Assembly: GCA_963816395.1 (NCBI GenBank)
Contig: CAWFKQ010000004.1
Location: forward strand, 1 to 64,000
Direction of reading: 5' to 3'
DNA: 64,000 nucleotides
DNA from: an uncultured delta proteobacterium
GTDB lineage: Bacteria; Desulfobacterota; Desulfuromonadia; Desulfuromonadales; JACZKF01
Shown here: positions 60,232-64,000 of the stretch, piece by piece
How the letters are laid out: each line of letters opens with the position of its first letter
Numbering within the stretch: the first letter of the stretch is position 1
The notes under the pieces: generated by a model
What the model was told of the DNA's origin: nothing
Database searches by the model: none
The model's input: only the letters and a program-made list of their open reading frames with translations
Translations under genes and position numbers: made by a program

Positions 60232-61485
60232 CTACTCACTACCTCCCTGCCTTCCAACCAGATACCGGCGCAGCCATTCCAACCCCATGCAGGCGGCCAT
60301 TCGGCGGATCTGCCCCCGGTCGCCGCCGAAGCGGTACATCTTCACCTGCTCGGCGGTGGCCGTCGCCAGGGCGAGAAAGACGGTGCCCACCGGTTTCTGC
60401 GGCGTGCCGCCGGTGGGACCGGCGATACCGGTGACCGCCAGGCCGAGGTCGCTGCCGGCGGCCTCCCGGATCCCCCGCGCCATAGCCCGGGCGCAGGCCT
60501 CGCTGACTGCCCCGTCGTTCTCCAGCACCGCCGGCGGGACCCGCAGCCAGTCGGTCTTGGCGCTGTTGGCGTAGGTCACCGCGGCGCGCTCGAGAAAAGC
60601 GGAGGCTCCGGGGATATCGGTGAGCCGGGCGGCAATCAGGCCGCCGGTGCAAGATTCGGCCAGGGCCAGGGTGAGACCGGAAGCGGTCAGCAGGCGGACC
60701 ACATTCCCCGCGAGGGTCTCGCTGCCAATGGCCACCAGGTGCTGGCCGAGGGCCCGCCGCACCGGCAGCTCGGCCCGATCGAGAAGCGTTTCGGCCGTCT
60801 CCCCCGCCGCGTGCAGCTTGGCATGAACGAAAGGGAAATCGACGCCGAAGGCAACTTCGACGCCGGCCGGCAGGTCGGCCGCCGCCAGGATTTCCTCCAC
60901 CCGCGGCTCGGGCAGGCCAAAAGTTTTGAAGACCCGCTCCTGACGGGGAAAGTATTCGCCTCCGCTGAGTTCCCGCAGGTGGGGGAGGACGCTGGCCTCC
61001 AGCATGGCCGCCATCTCCTCCGGCACTCCGGGGAGGAAGAAGAGGGTCAGGCCGTCATGCTGGAGGAAAAAGCCGGGGGCGCTGCCGACCGGGTTGGGGA
61101 TGATGGTCGACTTCTGCGGCAGCAGCGCCTGCTTTTCATTGCGCGGGTGCATTTCCCAGCCGGTGCGGCGGAAATGCTCCCGGATCTGCTGCAGCGCCTC
61201 TTCATGCAGCACCAGCCGCCGCTTGAAGGTGCGAGCCGCGACCCGGGCGGTCAGGTCGTCGGCGGTCGGACCGAGGCCGCCAGTGACGATGACGGCATGG
61301 CGCCGGCCGGCCAGCGCCAGCAGGGCCTCCTCAATATCCGTTTCAACATCCGCCACCGTCAGCGACTCGCGCAGGACATAGCCATGCGCCGCCAGTTCTC
61401 CGGCAATGTGGCGGGTATTGGTGTCCGCCATCTCACCGCTCAACAATTCGCTGCCGACCGTCAGCACGCTAATGTGGAAGGACAT
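60232..61485 (-). CDS. cinA: CinA-like protein (NMN deamidase fusion)
   Basis: GSELLSG..DTN, GGLGPT.DD.T, AESCTGG, GAVS, TGIAGP. Confidence 0.93.
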   Translation of the reverse strand: MSFHISVLTVGSELLSGEMADTNTRHIAGELAAHGYVLRESLTVADVETDIEEALLALAGRRHAVIVTGGLGPTADDLTARVAARTFKRRLVLHEEALQQIREHFRRTGWEMHPRNEKQALLPQKSTIIPNPVGSAPGFFLQHDGLTLFFLPGVPEEMAAMLEASVLPHLRELSGGEYFPRQERVFKTFGLPEPRVEEILAAADLPAGVEVAFGVDFPFVHAKLHAAGETAETLLDRAELPVRRALGQHLVAIGSETLAGNVVRLLTASGLTLALAESCTGGLIAARLTDIPGASAFLERAAVTYANSAKTDWLRVPPAVLENDGAVSEACARAMARGIREAAGSDLGLAVTGIAGPTGGTPQKPVGTVFLALATATAEQVKMYRFGGDRGQIRRMAACMGLEWLRRYLVGRQGGSE

Positions 61486-61617
61486 GGAAAGCTCCGCCGG
61501 AAAAATAAAGGGAAAAGCGGGAGGGCTGAGAAGCGAATTTTACCACGGGCATGCAGACCAGAGGTAAATAACTTCGTGGTGAAACTCGCGACTCCGAGCT
61601 CCGGTTTTCGTCAATCG

Positions 61618-62073
61618 TTACCGCGCGGTCAGATAGAGTATCAGGCGCAGCGCCAGCGCCCCATAAAAACCGGCAACGACGTCATCGAGCACCACCCCGA
61701 CCCCGTTCTTCATCCGCCGGTCGAACCAGGAGGCCGGAAAGGGCTTGACGATATCGAACAGCCGGAACAGGACGAAGCCGAGAATGGCCGCGCGCCAGGA
61801 GAAGGGGAGGAAGGCGACGGTGACCAGGTAGCCGGTCAATTCGTCGATGACGATACGGCCATCGTCCACCACCCCGTAGATCTTCCCCGCGGCGCCGGCC
61901 GTCCAGCAGGCGACCAGCAGGATGGCCAGCCAGACCCCCGCATAGACGGTCGCCGGCCGGCCGGCCAACAGGTAAAAAACCGGCGGGCCGGCGAGGGTGC
62001 CGAAGGTGCCGGGAACGACCGGGGCGAGGCCGAGTCCGGCATTGGTGGAGAGAAAAAGAATCAGGCGGCGCAT
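61618..62073 (-). CDS. pgpA: Phosphatidylglycerophosphatase A
   Basis: PGTFGT, IVIDE, FRLFDI.KP.P, DD.VAG. Confidence 0.92.
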   Translation of the reverse strand: MRRLILFLSTNAGLGLAPVVPGTFGTLAGPPVFYLLAGRPATVYAGVWLAILLVACWTAGAAGKIYGVVDDGRIVIDELTGYLVTVAFLPFSWRAAILGFVLFRLFDIVKPFPASWFDRRMKNGVGVVLDDVVAGFYGALALRLILYLTAR

Positions 62074-62126
62074 AAAATTCAGAAAAAGGTTCAAGGCACA
62101 AGGTTGAAGGCATAAGATTCAAGGTA

Positions 62127-63317
62127 TCAGGCTTCACCTTGGACCTGTTTTTCAAAGAGTGCGTCCGCCGCCCGCTCCACCAGGCGATAGACCTCCGGCA
62201 GCGGCCGGCCGGCGGCGGTGGCCAAACGCCGGCAGCTCTCGTACTCGGGGGCGATCCGCACCAGCCGCTCCCCTTCATAGAGCAGCTTAACCTCCGCCTC
62301 TCCCAGGGGCGTGGCCACCGTTGCCGGTTGCCGACGCAGCTTGCGGCGCTGCGCCGGATAATGCCGGACGCCGATGGCGCTGCTCTCGTGCAACAGCAGT
62401 CGGGCCAGGGCATCGCTGCCAGCGGGGCGGGCGATCACCGTTACCCTCACCCCGGGGCGATTTTTCTTCATCTGCAGAGGGGAATACGCGACATCGAGTG
62501 CCCCGGCCGTCAGCAGGCGGTCCATCAGGTGCCCCAGCCATTCCGGGTTGGCATCGTCGAGATGGGTTTCCAGAACATCAACCCGGTCGGTTTCCCCTTC
62601 CCCGCCGGCATCTCCCAGCAGGCCGCGCAGCAGATTGGGCCGGTCGTCCAGCTGCCAGCCGCCCACGCCGTAGCCGGTGCGGGTCAGGGTCATGGCGGGC
62701 AGAGGGGTGAAGGCGGCGATCTCGGCGGCAATGGCGGCGCCGGTGGGGGTGACCAGCTCCCGCTCGCTGGCGGCATCGGTCACCGGCACTCCCTGCAGGA
62801 TTTCCGCCGTTGCCGGCGCCGGCAAGGGGAAATTGCCGTGGGCGGTGCGGACCAGGCCGCGGGAAAGGGGGAGGGGAGAGCAGCTGACCTGGCCGATCCC
62901 CAACTGGTGCAGGCCGACGGCGGCGCCGGCAATATCAAGGATGGAGTCGAGGGCGCCGACCTCATGGAAATGGACCGTCTCCATCGGCACCCCGTGCACC
63001 TTCGCCTCGGCGACGCCGATGCGGCGGAAGATGCGCCGGGCCAGCTCCCGGACCGGCGCCGGCAGAGCGCTCTCAGCGAGCATGCAGTCGATGCCGGCCC
63101 AGGTGCGATGGTGCTTTTGCTCTTCGCAGAGCACCTCGACCCGCGTCCCCTCGATCCCCAGCCTTTTTTCCCGGCGACACTCCAGGCGCCAGCCGGTGAC
63201 CGGCAGTTTGCGCAGTTCCGCCTCAAGTTCAGCCAGGGGCAGGCCGAGATCGACCAGCAGGCCGAGGAACATGTCGCCGGAGATACCGGCGAAGGTGTCG
63301 AGATAGAGAAGTTTCAT
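62127..63317 (-). CDS. larC: Nickel pincer cofactor biosynthesis protein LarC
   Basis: GISGDM, VHFHEVGALDSI, PAPAT, TPTGAA, MKKNRPG, PEYE. Confidence 0.93.
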   Translation of the reverse strand: MKLLYLDTFAGISGDMFLGLLVDLGLPLAELEAELRKLPVTGWRLECRREKRLGIEGTRVEVLCEEQKHHRTWAGIDCMLAESALPAPVRELARRIFRRIGVAEAKVHGVPMETVHFHEVGALDSILDIAGAAVGLHQLGIGQVSCSPLPLSRGLVRTAHGNFPLPAPATAEILQGVPVTDAASERELVTPTGAAIAAEIAAFTPLPAMTLTRTGYGVGGWQLDDRPNLLRGLLGDAGGEGETDRVDVLETHLDDANPEWLGHLMDRLLTAGALDVAYSPLQMKKNRPGVRVTVIARPAGSDALARLLLHESSAIGVRHYPAQRRKLRRQPATVATPLGEAEVKLLYEGERLVRIAPEYESCRRLATAAGRPLPEVYRLVERAADALFEKQVQGEA

Positions 63318-63335
63318 GGGAATCGGGCTCAATTT

Positions 63336-63415
63336 TAACGCGGAGGCGCGGAGACGCGAAGAAATCTCTTGATCAGGAATTCCGGTTTTCTCTGTGCCTC
63401 TGCGTCTCCGCGTTA
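63336..63415. repeat. Intergenic palindrome of CGCGGAGr 8-mers
   Basis: TAACGCGGAGGCGCGGAG ... CTCTGCGTCTCCGCGTTA. Confidence 0.8.
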
Positions 63416-63429
63416 TTGTTTTTTGTTGG

Positions 63430-64000
63430 TTATCCCGCTCCGAGACGGTTGATGCGGGTGGCGGCGAACGCGGCGCCAAAGCCATTGTCGATATTGACCA
63501 CGGTGACGCCGCTGGCACAGGAATTGAGCATGCCCAGGAGGGCGGCGACGCCGCCGAAGGCGCTGCCGTAGCCGACGGAGGTGGGGACGGCGATCACCGG
63601 CACGCTGACCATGCCGCCGATCACCGAAGGCAGGGCACCTTCCATGCCGGCGATCACGATCAGGACCGCAGCCTGGCGCAGCCGGTCGAGGTTGGCCAGC
63701 AGCCGGTGCAGCCCCGCTACCCCGACATCGACCACCTCCTCCACCTCGTTCCCCAGCATCCGGGCGGTCACCGCTGCCTCCCGCAGCACCGGGATGTCGG
63801 AGGTGCCGGCGCAGACCACGGCGATTTTCCCCCGGCCGCGCAGTTCGACAGGTGTCTGCATCAGGATGAAGGTACGGCCGTCCGGATCATATTCCCCCCC
63901 GGAAAAGCGGGCCAGCAGGGAATCGGCCTTCTCCCGGGCGAGGCGGGTGATCAGGATGTTGCTGCCCCGTTCGGCCATTTTCGTTACGATGGTCAGCAGC
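63430..64000 (-). CDS. larB: Nickel pincer cofactor biosynthesis protein LarB (partial, runs off the window)
   Basis: [38 protein letters not shown]. Confidence 0.93.
   Translation of the reverse strand, partial: LLTIVTKMAERGSNILITRLAREKADSLLARFSGGEYDPDGRTFILMQTPVELRGRGKIAVVCAGTSDIPVLREAAVTARMLGNEVEEVVDVGVAGLHRLLANLDRLRQAAVLIVIAGMEGALPSVIGGMVSVPVIAVPTSVGYGSAFGGVAALLGMLNSCASGVTVVNIDNGFGAAFAATRINRLGAG

Overview
GC-rich bacterial DNA whose gene content and order look like a Desulfuromonadales/Geobacter-type deltaproteobacterium (inference). The right part (38.2-64 kb, minus strand) is a housekeeping block: larB, larC, pgpA, cinA, thpR, recA, pilT, recX, alaS, a hybrid histidine kinase, hslVU, argB/D/F/G/H and dapA/B/L. 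The left part (0-38 kb) is an accessory mosaic. It holds IS remnants, an orphan VapC, NO/oxidative-stress genes (ric, quinol-type NO reductase, cytochrome c peroxidase, hemerythrin, ferritin-like protein) with Crp/Fnr-type boxes, aconitase, a cold-shock locus, a complete IS256-family element and RAYT remnants. The best candidate for an undescribed system is an AT-rich three-gene island at about 34.7-38.1 kb: a MoaA-like radical SAM enzyme, a GreA/GreB-like factor and a CMPK2-like nucleoside monophosphate kinase split by an ISL3 element. It resembles, but is distinct from, the viperin-CMPK2 pairing. A second striking signal is about 14 intergenic palindromes built from 7-10 nt tandem repeats. 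Many essential genes carry single-base frameshifts, which points to sequencing indel error, so pseudogene calls that rest on frameshifts alone are unreliable. All protein-family calls come from motif recognition by eye; no searches were run.
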